From Myxococcota bacterium (GTDB lineage Bacteria > Myxococcota_A > UBA9042 > PHBI01 > JAWLBL01), in NCBI GenBank assembly GCA_041687695.1, contig JAWLBL010000013.1:38275-102274 (forward strand): 64,000 nucleotides of DNA, given 5' to 3'. Made by a program: the position numbers and the translations under genes. Numbering within the stretch: the first letter of the stretch is position 1; the number at the start of each line of letters is the position of its first letter. This document shows positions 35,250-44,580 of this stretch, one piece after another. A model generated the notes under the pieces. That model worked only from the letters and a program-made list of their open reading frames with translations, did not search any database and was not told where the DNA came from.

Positions 35250-36095
35250 CTACCAGCTGGCGCCGAGGCGGGTCCTGACGTCCCACAGGGCCGGGAAGAA
35301 GCGCTTGCCCAGCGTTGTGCGCAGGTAGGCGGCGCCGGGGCTGCCGCCCGTGCCGATCTTGGCCCCGATGACGCGCTCGACCATCTGGACGTGGCGGAAG
35401 CGCCAGGTCTGGAAGAGCTCGTCGTACTCGATGAGGTACTCGCAGGTCAGGTAGAGGTCGTAGTGCCGCGCGGTGTCGCTGTAGATGCCGTGCAGGGCGT
35501 CGACGACCCGGGCGGCGTCGGGCGAGTCGGGCTCGGGGGCGGCGTCGGGGACGTCGAAGCCGCGGCGGGCGAGGGCGCCGAGGAAGGCGTCGTAGACGGA
35601 GCGGCCGGCCAGGCGCCGCTCGAGGCGCTCGCGGGCGGGCTGCACCTCGCGGTGGAGCTTGAGGTAGCGCGGGTCCTTGATGCCGCTCAGGGCCTCGAGC
35701 TCGCGGAACTGGGCGCTCTGGAAGCCGCTGGCCGGGTTGAGCAGGCTGCGGAAGGCGTTGAAGTCCTGCGGGGTCATGGTCTCGAGGACCAGGATCTGCT
35801 CGACGAGGACGCGCTGGATGGCCGTGACCCGGTGGAAGATCTTGTGGGTCGCGAGGATGGCGTCCTGGTCGAAGGCGGCCACCGCGCCGTCGAGCTCGTG
35901 CAGGAGCTGCTTGAACCAGAGCTCGTGGACCTGGTGGATGAGGATGAAGAGCAGCTCGTCGTGGTGCTCGGGGCGCGACAGCGGCGTCTGGAGCGCGAGG
36001 AGCTCCTCGACGCGCAGGTATGAGCCGTAGGTCACGCCCTCGCGCGGCGGGTCGGGCGGGAAGCTGGGGGACGCGGGGTCGAAGGGCTCGGTCAT
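35250..36095 (-). CDS. kynA: tryptophan 2,3-dioxygenase
   Basis: VTYGSYLRVEELLALQTPLSRPEHHDELLFILIHQVHELWFKQLLHEL...GFQSAQFRELE...GTGGSPGAAYL, which is the canonical bacterial TDO signature. Confidence 0.9.
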   Translation of the reverse strand: MTEPFDPASPSFPPDPPREGVTYGSYLRVEELLALQTPLSRPEHHDELLFILIHQVHELWFKQLLHELDGAVAAFDQDAILATHKIFHRVTAIQRVLVEQILVLETMTPQDFNAFRSLLNPASGFQSAQFRELEALSGIKDPRYLKLHREVQPARERLERRLAGRSVYDAFLGALARRGFDVPDAAPEPDSPDAARVVDALHGIYSDTARHYDLYLTCEYLIEYDELFQTWRFRHVQMVERVIGAKIGTGGSPGAAYLRTTLGKRFFPALWDVRTRLGASW

Positions 36096-36140
36096 GCGGT
36101 CACCGGGCGCGCGGTCCCCGACGCGGCAGGGGCGGGCGCG

Positions 36141-37112
36141 CTATGCGAAGCGGGCGTCGGACATCGCGAGGCGCTCGGCCTCCTTGATGATGTGGTCGGC
36201 CACGGTCGTGATGGCCTCGGCGCCGAACTCGTCGGCGAAGAGGTAGGGGATCTCGACGGCGGGCATCTTCACGCGAAGGCGCAGCTCGTCGAGGTAGAAC
36301 TCCTGCAGGGCGCGGCGCTCGGCCATCGACGAGGCGCAGTCGAGGGCGCCGTGCACGAGGGCGGCGTTGCGCGGGGTCTCGTCGCGCAGCGTGGCGAGCA
36401 GCTCGCGCTCGCGGTCGTTGGCGATGGACGGCCACACCCGGTTGACGAAGAGGTACCCCTTGGGGATGCCCAGGACCGTGTCGATCTGGTGCTGGAGATC
36501 GAGGGTCTCTCGGACGGGCATCTCCTCGGGCAGGGTCACGATGTTCATGACGGTGCGGCGTGGGTCCGTCAGCAGATCCTGCATCAGCCGCGTCTCGTCG
36601 GCCATCGGCCCCGACGTGATGACCTCGAGGATGACCTGCGGCAGGCGCAGGAGGCTCACGCCGTGGCCGGTGGCCGGCGCGTCCACGATGATCATGTCCC
36701 AGACGGGCCGCCCGGCGCGGTCGCGCTCGCGCTCGAGGTTGAAGGCCTTGCCGAGCAGCAGCAGCTCGTTCATGCCGGGGATCATGCGCAGCAGGCGCTT
36801 CATCGCCTCGTTCTCGAAGATCATCTCGAAGATCTTCTCGAACCTCAGCTTCATCAGGCCGTACTCGCGCAGGGCGGGCTCGGGGCTGATGTTGATGCTG
36901 TACAGGTTCTTCGCGATGAGCTGGGGCGTGTAGCCGCCGGGCGCCTTGCCGAAGAACAGGGGCGCCTTCTCGCGCGTGTTGAGCTCGGCGATGATGGTGC
37001 GCTTGCCCCGCCGCGCGGCGGCGAGGCCCAGAGCGGCGCAGAGCGTGCTCTTTCCGACGCCGCCCTTGCCCGCGACGATCACGAAGCGTTTCTGAAAGAA
37101 GCTGGCTTCCAT
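36141..37112 (-). CDS. ArsA/Get3-family P-loop ATPase
   Basis: FVIVAGKGGVGKSTLCAALG is a deviant Walker A motif. IIVDAPATGHGVSLLRLPQ is the ArsA-type switch motif. The ATG at 37112 is chosen because a TTGCCG-N17-TATGGT promoter occupies the longer 5' extension. Confidence 0.8.
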   Translation of the reverse strand: MEASFFQKRFVIVAGKGGVGKSTLCAALGLAAARRGKRTIIAELNTREKAPLFFGKAPGGYTPQLIAKNLYSINISPEPALREYGLMKLRFEKIFEMIFENEAMKRLLRMIPGMNELLLLGKAFNLERERDRAGRPVWDMIIVDAPATGHGVSLLRLPQVILEVITSGPMADETRLMQDLLTDPRRTVMNIVTLPEEMPVRETLDLQHQIDTVLGIPKGYLFVNRVWPSIANDRERELLATLRDETPRNAALVHGALDCASSMAERRALQEFYLDELRLRVKMPAVEIPYLFADEFGAEAITTVADHIIKEAERLAMSDARFA

Positions 37113-37122
37113 GGGCGAGCGC

Positions 37123-37151
37123 ACCATAGAGGCAAGCGCCCGCGACGGCAA
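37123..37151 (-). promoter_or_regulatory. putative promoter of the ArsA-like/kynA unit (near-leaderless)
   Basis: The minus strand reads TTGCCG-N17-TATGGT, and the -10 element ends 10 nt before the ATG at 37112. Confidence 0.35.
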
Positions 37152-37231
37152 CGACTACCGCGCGGGCCGCCGGCGTCGGTCATCCGGCGGCTTCGGGCCC
37201 AGCGGCCGGCGCCCGAGGGGTGACCCGTGGG

Positions 37232-37260
37232 TTGAAATGCCCGCGCGCGTGGGCTACTGA
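37232..37260 (+). promoter_or_regulatory. putative promoter of the CBM9-lipoprotein/mazG/murJ unit
   Basis: TTGAAA-N17-TACTGA, about 60 nt upstream of the ATG at 37322. Confidence 0.3.
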
Positions 37261-37321
37261 GCCCCCGCCCCGTCTCAGCGGTCCGACCGAGCGACGGGGC
37301 CCCAGCCGTAGAGGTCGCCGC

Positions 37322-38776
37322 ATGTATCGTCCCCTCGTCGTCGCGCTCGCGCTCGCCGCCCTGTCCGCCAGCGGCTGCAACAAGCCCCGCAAGGTCGTGC
37401 TGACCAAGCAGCAGAGCGAGCAGATCCAGCAGTCCATCCTGAGCGAGGCGCCCACCCCGCAGAAGCCCATCGGGGCCGTGTTCGACGGCGGCATCGAGCT
37501 CATCGGCGTCGATCTGTCGGCCGCCACGGTCAAGGCGGGCGAGAGCTTCGACGTGACCTGGTACTGGAAGGCCGGCCAGACCTCGGCCGACGCCGGGTGG
37601 AAGCTCTTCGTGCACTTCGAGGCGCCGGGCAAGCGGCGCACGACCCACGACCACCACGCCATCGGAGAGCTGCACCCCATCGCGCGCTGGGAGCCGGGGC
37701 AGATCATCAAGGACGTGCAGCGCATCAGCGTCCCCAAGGACTTCCCGAACGGCGAGGCCAAGCTGTACGTCGGCGTCTTCGACGAGAAGGCCTACCGCGA
37801 GCGGCAGCAGAACGTCCGCATGACGGTCACCAACGCCGACCCGAGCAAGGTGGTCCTCGACGGCGACGGGCGCCTGCTGGGCGGCGTCATCACCGTCGAA
37901 GGCTCGACCGCGCCGGCCGCGGGCAAGAAGGCCGAGGCCGCGCGCCGCCACGCCGCCCCCAAGGCCACCGGGCCCATCACCATCGACGGCAAGCTCGACG
38001 AGGAGTCCTGGCGCCGCGCCCGACCGACGCAGCCCTTCGTGCAGCCGCACGGGCAGCGCCTCGAGCCGCGCTACCTGACCCAGGCCCGCATGACCTGGGA
38101 CGACCAGCACCTGTACGTCGCCTTCGTGAGCCGCGACGACGACATCTGGAACGACCAGACCGGCCGCGACGCGACCCTGTGGAAGCAGGACGTGGTCGAG
38201 ATCTACCTCGACCCGGGCGAGGACGGCCGCGACTACGTCGAGCTGCAGGTCTCGCCCACCGGCGAGATCTTCGACGCCCACTTCTCGACCCGCCGCCAGC
38301 CCGACTGGCCCGAGGCCGCGCGCCGCCTGACGCTGAGCGGCATGAAGGTCGCCATCGACGCGCAGGGCTCGGTCAACAGCCGCGACGGCGACGCCGACAA
38401 GATGTGGACGGCCGAGATCGCCATCCCCTGGGCCGAGCTGCCCGGCGTGGAGGGCGCGCCGGCCGTCGGCGCCACCTGGGGCGTGAACTTCTACCGCATC
38501 GACGTCGCCTCGCCGTCGCGCGGCGGCTTCATGGGCGCCTGGGCGCCCGCGGGCGGCGACTTCCACAACACGGCGGCCTTCGGCAAGGTCTCGTTCGTCG
38601 AGAACACGCCGCGCGCCGCCATCCGCGGGCGCGTGTCGCAGGACGGCCCGAAGGGGGACGACGAGCCCGAGGGTGAGGCGCCCGCCGAGCCGAAGTCGGG
38701 GACCGTCGCGCCGGGCGAGGGCCAGGGCGAGGAGAAGGCTCCGGCCGGCGAAGCCCCGTCGGCGCCGACGCCCTGA
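37322..38776 (+). CDS. lipoprotein with a C-terminal carbohydrate-binding family-9 (DOMON-like) domain
   Basis: The ATG at 37322 gives MYRPLVVALALAALSASGC (lipobox). CBM9-like pattern: ITIDGKLDEESWRRA...HLYVAFVSRDDDIW...LWKQDVVEIYLDPGEDGRDYVELQVSPTGEIFDAHF...WTAEIAIPWAEL...WGVNFYRID. Confidence 0.75.
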   Translation: MYRPLVVALALAALSASGCNKPRKVVLTKQQSEQIQQSILSEAPTPQKPIGAVFDGGIELIGVDLSAATVKAGESFDVTWYWKAGQTSADAGWKLFVHFEAPGKRRTTHDHHAIGELHPIARWEPGQIIKDVQRISVPKDFPNGEAKLYVGVFDEKAYRERQQNVRMTVTNADPSKVVLDGDGRLLGGVITVEGSTAPAAGKKAEAARRHAAPKATGPITIDGKLDEESWRRARPTQPFVQPHGQRLEPRYLTQARMTWDDQHLYVAFVSRDDDIWNDQTGRDATLWKQDVVEIYLDPGEDGRDYVELQVSPTGEIFDAHFSTRRQPDWPEAARRLTLSGMKVAIDAQGSVNSRDGDADKMWTAEIAIPWAELPGVEGAPAVGATWGVNFYRIDVASPSRGGFMGAWAPAGGDFHNTAAFGKVSFVENTPRAAIRGRVSQDGPKGDDEPEGEAPAEPKSGTVAPGEGQGEEKAPAGEAPSAPTP

Positions 38777-38779
38777 CGC

Positions 38780-39586
38780 GTGGCCGCCTCCGAGCACAGA
38801 GCCCCCGATCTGGCGCGCCTCGAGCGCATCATGGCGCGCCTGCGGGGCGAGGGCGGCTGCCCGTGGGACCGCGAGCAGACGCTCGCGTCGCTGCAGCGCT
38901 ATCTGGTCGAGGAGGCCTACGAGGTCCTCGACGTGATGGCGGGCGAGGACCCGGCCGAGCACCGCGAGGAGCTGGGCGATCTGCTGTTCCAGATCGTGTT
39001 CCAGTCGCAGATCCGCCGCGAGCAGGGCGCCTTCGTCCTGGCTGACGTGGTCGACGACATCAGCGACAAGCTCGAGCGGCGCCACCCGCACGTCTTCGGT
39101 GACGAGTCGGCGGCCGACGCCGGCGCGGTCGCGGCCCGCTGGGAAGAGCTCAAGAAGGCCGAGGGCAAGGGCACCTTCGACGGCATCCCGCGGGCGCTGC
39201 CGGCGCTGATGCGGGCCGAGAAGGTCGGCAAGAAGGCCTCGCGCCTGGGCTTCGACTGGCCGGACGTCGAGGGGCCGCTCGCCAAGCTGGACGAGGAGCT
39301 GGCCGAGCTGCGGCAGGCCATCGCCAGCGGAGACGCCACGGCCGCCGCCGCCGAGCTGGGCGATCTGCTGTTCAGCGTGGTCAACGTCGCCCGGCACCTG
39401 AAGGCCGACCCCGAGGCCGCGCTCGATCGCACCACCGAGCGGTTCCTCGCGCGCTTCCGCTACATCGAGCGGCGCCTCGCCGAGACCGGCCGCCGCCCCG
39501 AGGACACGAGCCTCGACGCGCTCGACGCCCTGTGGAACGAAGCGAAGGCCGCGCTCGCCGGCGGGACGGCGCCCGAGGGCGCCTGA
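38780..39586 (+). CDS. mazG: nucleoside triphosphate pyrophosphohydrolase MazG
   Basis: LERIMARLRGEGGCPWDREQTLASLQRYLVEEAYEVLD...ELGDLLFQIV, plus a second half-domain (ELAELRQAI...ELGDLLFSVVNVARHL). GTG start 4 nt after the upstream stop. Confidence 0.9.
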   Translation: MAASEHRAPDLARLERIMARLRGEGGCPWDREQTLASLQRYLVEEAYEVLDVMAGEDPAEHREELGDLLFQIVFQSQIRREQGAFVLADVVDDISDKLERRHPHVFGDESAADAGAVAARWEELKKAEGKGTFDGIPRALPALMRAEKVGKKASRLGFDWPDVEGPLAKLDEELAELRQAIASGDATAAAAELGDLLFSVVNVARHLKADPEAALDRTTERFLARFRYIERRLAETGRRPEDTSLDALDALWNEAKAALAGGTAPEGA

Positions 39587-39635
39587 CTCCGCTGCGGGCG
39601 CCCGCCCTCTGTACGACGCCGTCCGAGGTCCGTCC

Positions 39636-41237
39636 GTGACGACCGAACCGACGCCCCAGGCCGACGGGCACGCCGCCCGACGCCGATCGCTGCTCCGGTC
39701 CGCCGGCGTGATGACGGTCATGACCCTCGTCAGCCGCGTGCTGGGCCTGGTCCGCGAGCAGGTGCGCGCGCTCTACCTCGGGACCGGGGCCGCCTCGGAC
39801 GCCTTCGGGCTGGCCAGCACCATCCCGAACCTGTTCCGGCAGCTGGTCGCCGAAGGCGCGATGACCGCCGCCTTCCTGCCGGTCTTCACCGAGTACCTGA
39901 AGAAGGCGGGCGCCCGCGAGACGCGCGAGTTCCTGTCGCGCTTTCTGACCCTGCTGACCCTGGCGGTGACGGGGCTCACCGTCCTGGGCATCGTCCTGAC
40001 GCCCTGGATCATCGAGACCTTCTTCGCGGGCCTGGGTGAGGTCGAGCTGACCATCACCCTGACCCAGCTGATGTGGCCCTACCTGCTGTTCGTCACGCTG
40101 GCGGCCGCCTTCCAGGCCATCCTCAACGCCCACAAGATCTTCGGCCCCTCGGCCTTCACCCCGGTGCTGCTGAACCTGTGCATCATCGGCTTCGGCGTCG
40201 CGCTGGCGCACCAGTTCGACAACGCCGCCTACGGCCTGGTCATCGGCTTCGTCGTGGGCGGCGTCGTCCAGATGGCCTTTCAGATCCCGTACATCTCGCG
40301 CCACACCGCGGTGCGCGTCCGCCCCGACTTCCACTTCCGCGACCCGGGCGTCCGCCGCGTCCTCGTCACCATGGCGCCGGGGGTCTTCGCGGCGGGCATC
40401 TACCAGATCAACGTCTTCGTCAGCCAGCTCATCGCCTCGACCCTGCGCGACGGCGCCATCGCCGCCCTCCAGTACAGCATCCGCTTGCAGGAGCTGGTCC
40501 TCGGCCTGTTCGTCGTCTCGGTCGCGCAGGTCATCCTGCCCACCCTGTCCGAGCAGACCGCCACCGACGACCGCGAGGGCGTCAAGGACACGCTCGAGTA
40601 CGCGACCGGGCTGATGGCCTTCGTGACCCTGCCCGCGACCCTGGGCCTCATCCTGGTCGGCCCCGAGATCGTCCGGCTGCTCTTCCAGTTCGGCGCCTTC
40701 GACGCGCGCTCGACCGAGCGGACCAGCTTCGCCCTGTACTTCCACGCGGCCGGCCTGCTGGCCATCGCGCTCACCCGCGTCTACCAGCAGGCCTTCTACG
40801 CCCACAAGGATCTCAAGACCCCGACGCTGGTCGCCGCCATCGTGATGGTGACCAACATCGTCCTGTGCCTCGTCCTGGCCGTCCCGCTCGAGCACGGCGG
40901 CATCGCGCTGGCCGGCAGCCTGGCCGCGACCCTCAACGGTGCGCTCCTCTTGTGGTTCCTGCGCCGCCGCCTGGGGCGCCTGCACGGCCGCGCCATCGTC
41001 CGCCGTGTGGCGCGGCTGGGCGTGGCGACCGCCGTGATGACCGTGGCCGTGCTGGGCTGGGAGGCCCTGTGGCCGGCCGACGGCATCGACAGCCGGCCGC
41101 TGCTGGCGCTGTGGGTGCTGGGCGTGTGCGGCTGGGCCGCCGTGGTCTACCTGGTGGCCTGCCGCGCCCTGAAGGTCGACGAGCTGCAGGGCGTGTTCAA
41201 GGCCCTGGCGCGTCGCTTCAGGCGCAAGAAGAAGTAG
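39636..41237 (+). CDS. murJ: lipid II flippase MurJ (MviN)
   Basis: SAGVMTVMTLVSRVLGLVREQVRALYLGTGAASDAFGLASTIPNLFRQLVAEGAMTAAFLPVF. The protein is polytopic throughout. 533 aa. Confidence 0.9.
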   Translation: MTTEPTPQADGHAARRRSLLRSAGVMTVMTLVSRVLGLVREQVRALYLGTGAASDAFGLASTIPNLFRQLVAEGAMTAAFLPVFTEYLKKAGARETREFLSRFLTLLTLAVTGLTVLGIVLTPWIIETFFAGLGEVELTITLTQLMWPYLLFVTLAAAFQAILNAHKIFGPSAFTPVLLNLCIIGFGVALAHQFDNAAYGLVIGFVVGGVVQMAFQIPYISRHTAVRVRPDFHFRDPGVRRVLVTMAPGVFAAGIYQINVFVSQLIASTLRDGAIAALQYSIRLQELVLGLFVVSVAQVILPTLSEQTATDDREGVKDTLEYATGLMAFVTLPATLGLILVGPEIVRLLFQFGAFDARSTERTSFALYFHAAGLLAIALTRVYQQAFYAHKDLKTPTLVAAIVMVTNIVLCLVLAVPLEHGGIALAGSLAATLNGALLLWFLRRRLGRLHGRAIVRRVARLGVATAVMTVAVLGWEALWPADGIDSRPLLALWVLGVCGWAAVVYLVACRALKVDELQGVFKALARRFRRKKK

Positions 41238-41249
41238 GTCCCGGTCCGA

Positions 41250-42731
41250 TCAGAAGTGCACGCCGAGGCTGGCGCTGATGGTCTGGTAGAAGGTCTCGTA
41301 CTTGCCGGCGTTGACCACGATGCCCTGGTACTCGCCCTGGGTGGCCTCGTCCCAGCCCGCCGGCGCGGGGATCTCGCTGAGGGGGCGCTCCATGCGCACC
41401 TGCGCCTGGTCGACGGAGACCTCGCGGTCGGGCTGGAAGACCGCCTGGTAGGCCACGGACAGGTCGACCGGGCCGAGCTGGAGGGTGGCGCCCAGCGCGC
41501 CGCCGAGGCGCTCGAAGTTGGTGAAGTCCAGGTTGGTGTAGCGGGCCGGGACGGCCGCCGTCTCGAAGAAGGCGCCGCCGCGCAGGGTCAGGAAGTTCTG
41601 CAAGACGTTCCAGTCGCCGCCCAGGCGCACCGCGACCGTGTCGTTGTACCGCTTGGGCAGCTTGACCGGGGCGACGTCCTGCAGCGGGTTCGTCTCGGGG
41701 TTGCCGAGCTTGAGCTTGCCGCCGAAGACCACCTCGTAGTTCTCGAGCACGCTCCAGCGCTCGTAGACGACGTCCAGCTCGATGTCGAAGACCTCGTCGC
41801 CCCCCGGCGACAGGTGGATGTAGCGCGCGCCGCCCCGAATCCACGGCGCCAGCTTGAGGTTCAAGGTCACGCTCTCGTCGCGCGTGACGCCGTCGTCCTC
41901 GAACAGCCCGAACACCCCGTTGTCGTAAAGGCTCTGCACGCCCTTGGCCGGGAAGTTCAGCGTCACCTTCCCGTCGGGGTTGAGGTCGACCGGGAACGGC
42001 CGCGTCGAGATGCCCGCCTCGAAGCGCGGCGACGGCCGGAAGTGCACCCCGAAGATGGCCGCGAACGCGGCGTAGTCCGACAGGTCCAGGCTGGACTGGG
42101 CGAGGTAGGGAGACGTCTCCTTCTGGTCGTTCTGGCTGCTCGGCGCGGCGTCCACCGTCAGCCCGAAGCGCGCCGTCGGCATCATCACGTACTGCACCGA
42201 CGCGCCGACGCTCAGCACCTTGCTGATGCTGAAGGCGCCCGAGGCCGTGACGTAGCCCAGCAGCACGTCTTCGTCGGTCAGCATGAACCGCTGGGGGCCG
42301 TCCGCCGGGAACTTGCGCTTGCCGTAGGCGCCCGGTCCATAGACGCCGAAGCCGACGCCCCAGCGCTCGGCCCCGAAGCCCCAGGCCAACGCGGGCGCCG
42401 GGAACCAGCCCTCTTCGTTCTCGACCGTCGCGCTGTCGTAGATCCCGCTCGGGTTGTCCGGCGAGGCGATGAGATCGTCGATGCCCGTCCGCGTGTAGCG
42501 CAGGTCGAGCTTGTTCAGGTTCATGCTCAGCAGCAGCTGGTGGCCGCCGAAGGTGACCAGGCCCGCCGGGTTGTAGTGGATGGCCATCGGGTCGTCGGCC
42601 CGGGCGACGAAGGCGCCGGCGCGTCCGAGCGCGCGGCTGCCGTTCTCGTTGTACTCGAAGCCGCCGGCGAGGGCGGGGGCCGAGGTGGCGAGGACGGCGA
42701 GGCTGGTCGAGGCGATGACGCGGCGCAGCAT
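41250..42731 (-). CDS. FadL/OmpP1/TodX-family outer-membrane transport protein
   Basis: A signal peptide is followed by GGFEYNENGSRALGRAGAFVARADDPMAIHYNPAGL (FadL N-terminal hatch pattern). The rest has a beta-strand periodicity. The C-terminal residue is aromatic (...LGVHF). Confidence 0.8.
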   Translation of the reverse strand: MLRRVIASTSLAVLATSAPALAGGFEYNENGSRALGRAGAFVARADDPMAIHYNPAGLVTFGGHQLLLSMNLNKLDLRYTRTGIDDLIASPDNPSGIYDSATVENEEGWFPAPALAWGFGAERWGVGFGVYGPGAYGKRKFPADGPQRFMLTDEDVLLGYVTASGAFSISKVLSVGASVQYVMMPTARFGLTVDAAPSSQNDQKETSPYLAQSSLDLSDYAAFAAIFGVHFRPSPRFEAGISTRPFPVDLNPDGKVTLNFPAKGVQSLYDNGVFGLFEDDGVTRDESVTLNLKLAPWIRGGARYIHLSPGGDEVFDIELDVVYERWSVLENYEVVFGGKLKLGNPETNPLQDVAPVKLPKRYNDTVAVRLGGDWNVLQNFLTLRGGAFFETAAVPARYTNLDFTNFERLGGALGATLQLGPVDLSVAYQAVFQPDREVSVDQAQVRMERPLSEIPAPAGWDEATQGEYQGIVVNAGKYETFYQTISASLGVHF

Positions 42732-42847
42732 GAGACCCCCAGGGACGACGATGGCCCGGGAGTCATACCAGAGCGGCGCCGGCCCGCGAAAGGGCCCCCG
42801 GGGCGACGCTGCAAACTTCGGGCACCCGCAGCAGGGCGGCAGCGCGT

Positions 42848-44140
42848 TCAGGGCGTCGGCGCGGGCGCCTGGCGCGGCGTGTCGGTGGACTGCCGCGGGA
42901 TGGGGCGCTCGGCCTGCGGCGGGCGGCGGCGCGGCGGGGCGAAGCGGATCGGGGGCGCCGTGGGGCGGTCTTGCGGCGGAGGCTCGAGGCGCGCCGAGGC
43001 GGGATCGTCCTGGGGCTCGGCCGCGGACGGGGGAGCGGTCGCCGGGTGCGGGGCCTCGAGCGCCGGGCGGGTGCTGCGCAGGAGCGGGATCGCCGCCAAC
43101 GCGGCGAGGGCCAGCGCGGCCAGGATCAGGAGGGCCTTCGAGCGCGGGCGCCGGTCGGGGCGGCGCTCGCGCATGAGGTCGAGCTGCAGGGCGGCCCGGC
43201 GCAGGGCCTCCTGGCGACGGATCTCGGCCGGGGAGCCGGGCGGGCCGGGCGCGTCCTCGGGGGGCAGGTCGCGGAAGGTGCGCGACCAGGCGACGGGCGG
43301 GCCGGGGGTGCGCGTCTCGGGCAGGCCGATGGCGCCGAAGGGCTCGAGGGCGCGCTCGAGCTCGTCGGGGCGGGGGCGGTCGGCGGGGGCGGGTGAGAGG
43401 CTGGCCGTCAGGGTGCGCGCGAGCTGCAGGTCGGCCAGGGCCTCGACGGCGGGGAAGGGCTCGTGCTGCCCGTCGCGGACGCGGGCGTAGACGGCCAGGG
43501 TGCGGCCGCCGGCGCCGAAGGCCGGGTGGCCGGTCAGCCAGCGGAAGGTGAGGGCGGCGACCTGGAACACGTCCGTCGCCGGGCTGAGCGGTCGCTTGTG
43601 GAAGATCTCGGGCGGGACGAGCCCGGGGTTGGGGTACAGCTCGACGAAGCCAGGGACGGGCGGTGACAGGCGCTGGTCGGGCTGGCCGTCGGCCATGAGG
43701 GCGGCGCCGACGTCGTAGAGGACGGGGGCGCCGCCGTGGGTGAGGAGGATGCGCGAGGGCGTCAGGGCGCCATGGAACAGGCCGTCACGGTGCAGGGGCC
43801 GGAGCGCGCGCAGGACGCGATGGCCCAGGCCGAGCGCCTCATCGGGCGCGAGCATGCGGTTGATGCGGTCGGCCGGCCAGCCCTCGACGTCGGCGACCGC
43901 CAGGATCAGCTCGTCGCGGTCTTCATGCCTCAGCAGGCGCGGCAGCCCGGGGTGCAGGGGGCCGCCGAGCGCCGTGACCAGCCGGGCGAAGGACGGGCGC
44001 AGGAGCGCGCGCGCCGCCTCGGGCGAGGTCGGCAGGAACCGGTAGACCAGCGCGCCGTCGGCGTCGCGGAAGAGCTGGTGGCCCGCGCTGCGGTCCAGCC
44101 AGGCGCGGACGTCATGGGACCCGAGCAGCACGGTGGGCAA
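42848..44140 (-). CDS. membrane-anchored protein-kinase-like domain protein (predicted pseudokinase)
   Basis: The order of kinase-fold landmarks is kept but the catalytic residues are lost. LHRDGLFHGALTPSRILL replaces HRDLKPxNIL. DVG replaces DFG. PPE replaces APE. DVFQVAALTFRWLTGHPAF matches the subdomain IX pattern. No G-loop or VAIK Lys is present. A TM segment (ALLILAALALAALAAIPLL) and a Pro-rich tail follow. The start is TTG at 44140 or GTG at 44131. Confidence 0.65.
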   Translation of the reverse strand: MPTVLLGSHDVRAWLDRSAGHQLFRDADGALVYRFLPTSPEAARALLRPSFARLVTALGGPLHPGLPRLLRHEDRDELILAVADVEGWPADRINRMLAPDEALGLGHRVLRALRPLHRDGLFHGALTPSRILLTHGGAPVLYDVGAALMADGQPDQRLSPPVPGFVELYPNPGLVPPEIFHKRPLSPATDVFQVAALTFRWLTGHPAFGAGGRTLAVYARVRDGQHEPFPAVEALADLQLARTLTASLSPAPADRPRPDELERALEPFGAIGLPETRTPGPPVAWSRTFRDLPPEDAPGPPGSPAEIRRQEALRRAALQLDLMRERRPDRRPRSKALLILAALALAALAAIPLLRSTRPALEAPHPATAPPSAAEPQDDPASARLEPPPQDRPTAPPIRFAPPRRRPPQAERPIPRQSTDTPRQAPAPTP

Positions 44141-44175
44141 CCCTTGGCATCAGGTGGGGCCGGGCCCCAACGCAG

Positions 44176-44580
44176 TCACTGCGTGGACCGCCCTTCCTTG
44201 GTCTCCCAGAAGGCCTCGAGCTTCTCGGTGTCGATGCGCCACTGCCCGTCCTGCTGGACCATCAGGATCTTCTTCTTCTTGCCGCGCGTTCGCACCAGCA
44301 GGATGGCCTCGTCGCCCGCTTCGTTCGTCGTCACGTCCTCGACGGCGTCGAACACCAGCAGTTCGAACGGGTTCGCCTCGCGCAGGCCGTAGGCCTCGGA
44401 GAGCGAGATGAGCGCCTCGACCTGGGCCCGCGAGGTGTCGGTGAAGCCCTCGAGGAAGCCCTCGCGGTCACCGAGCATCGCGGCCGTGGTCATGTCCAGG
44501 TAGACCTCCTTGGGGCCACGGCTGCACGCCGCGACGGCCAGGAGCGTCAGGGCCAACGCCGCCACACGCGTCCGCCTCAC
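44176..44580 (-). CDS. small lipoprotein, paralog A of a three-member family
   Basis: The GTG at 44580 overlaps the upstream stop (GTGA). Lipobox: LLAVAAC. Shared family pattern: GDREGFLEGFTDTSRAQV...ILLVRTRGKKKKILMVQQDGQWRID. Confidence 0.65.
   Translation of the reverse strand: MRRTRVAALALTLLAVAACSRGPKEVYLDMTTAAMLGDREGFLEGFTDTSRAQVEALISLSEAYGLREANPFELLVFDAVEDVTTNEAGDEAILLVRTRGKKKKILMVQQDGQWRIDTEKLEAFWETKEGRSTQ

Noticed and set aside
36141-37112. Arsenic-resistance operon, because of the ArsA-like ATPase
   Set aside because: No arsR, arsB, arsC or arsD genes are adjacent. The protein is single-domain, so only the family-level call is kept.
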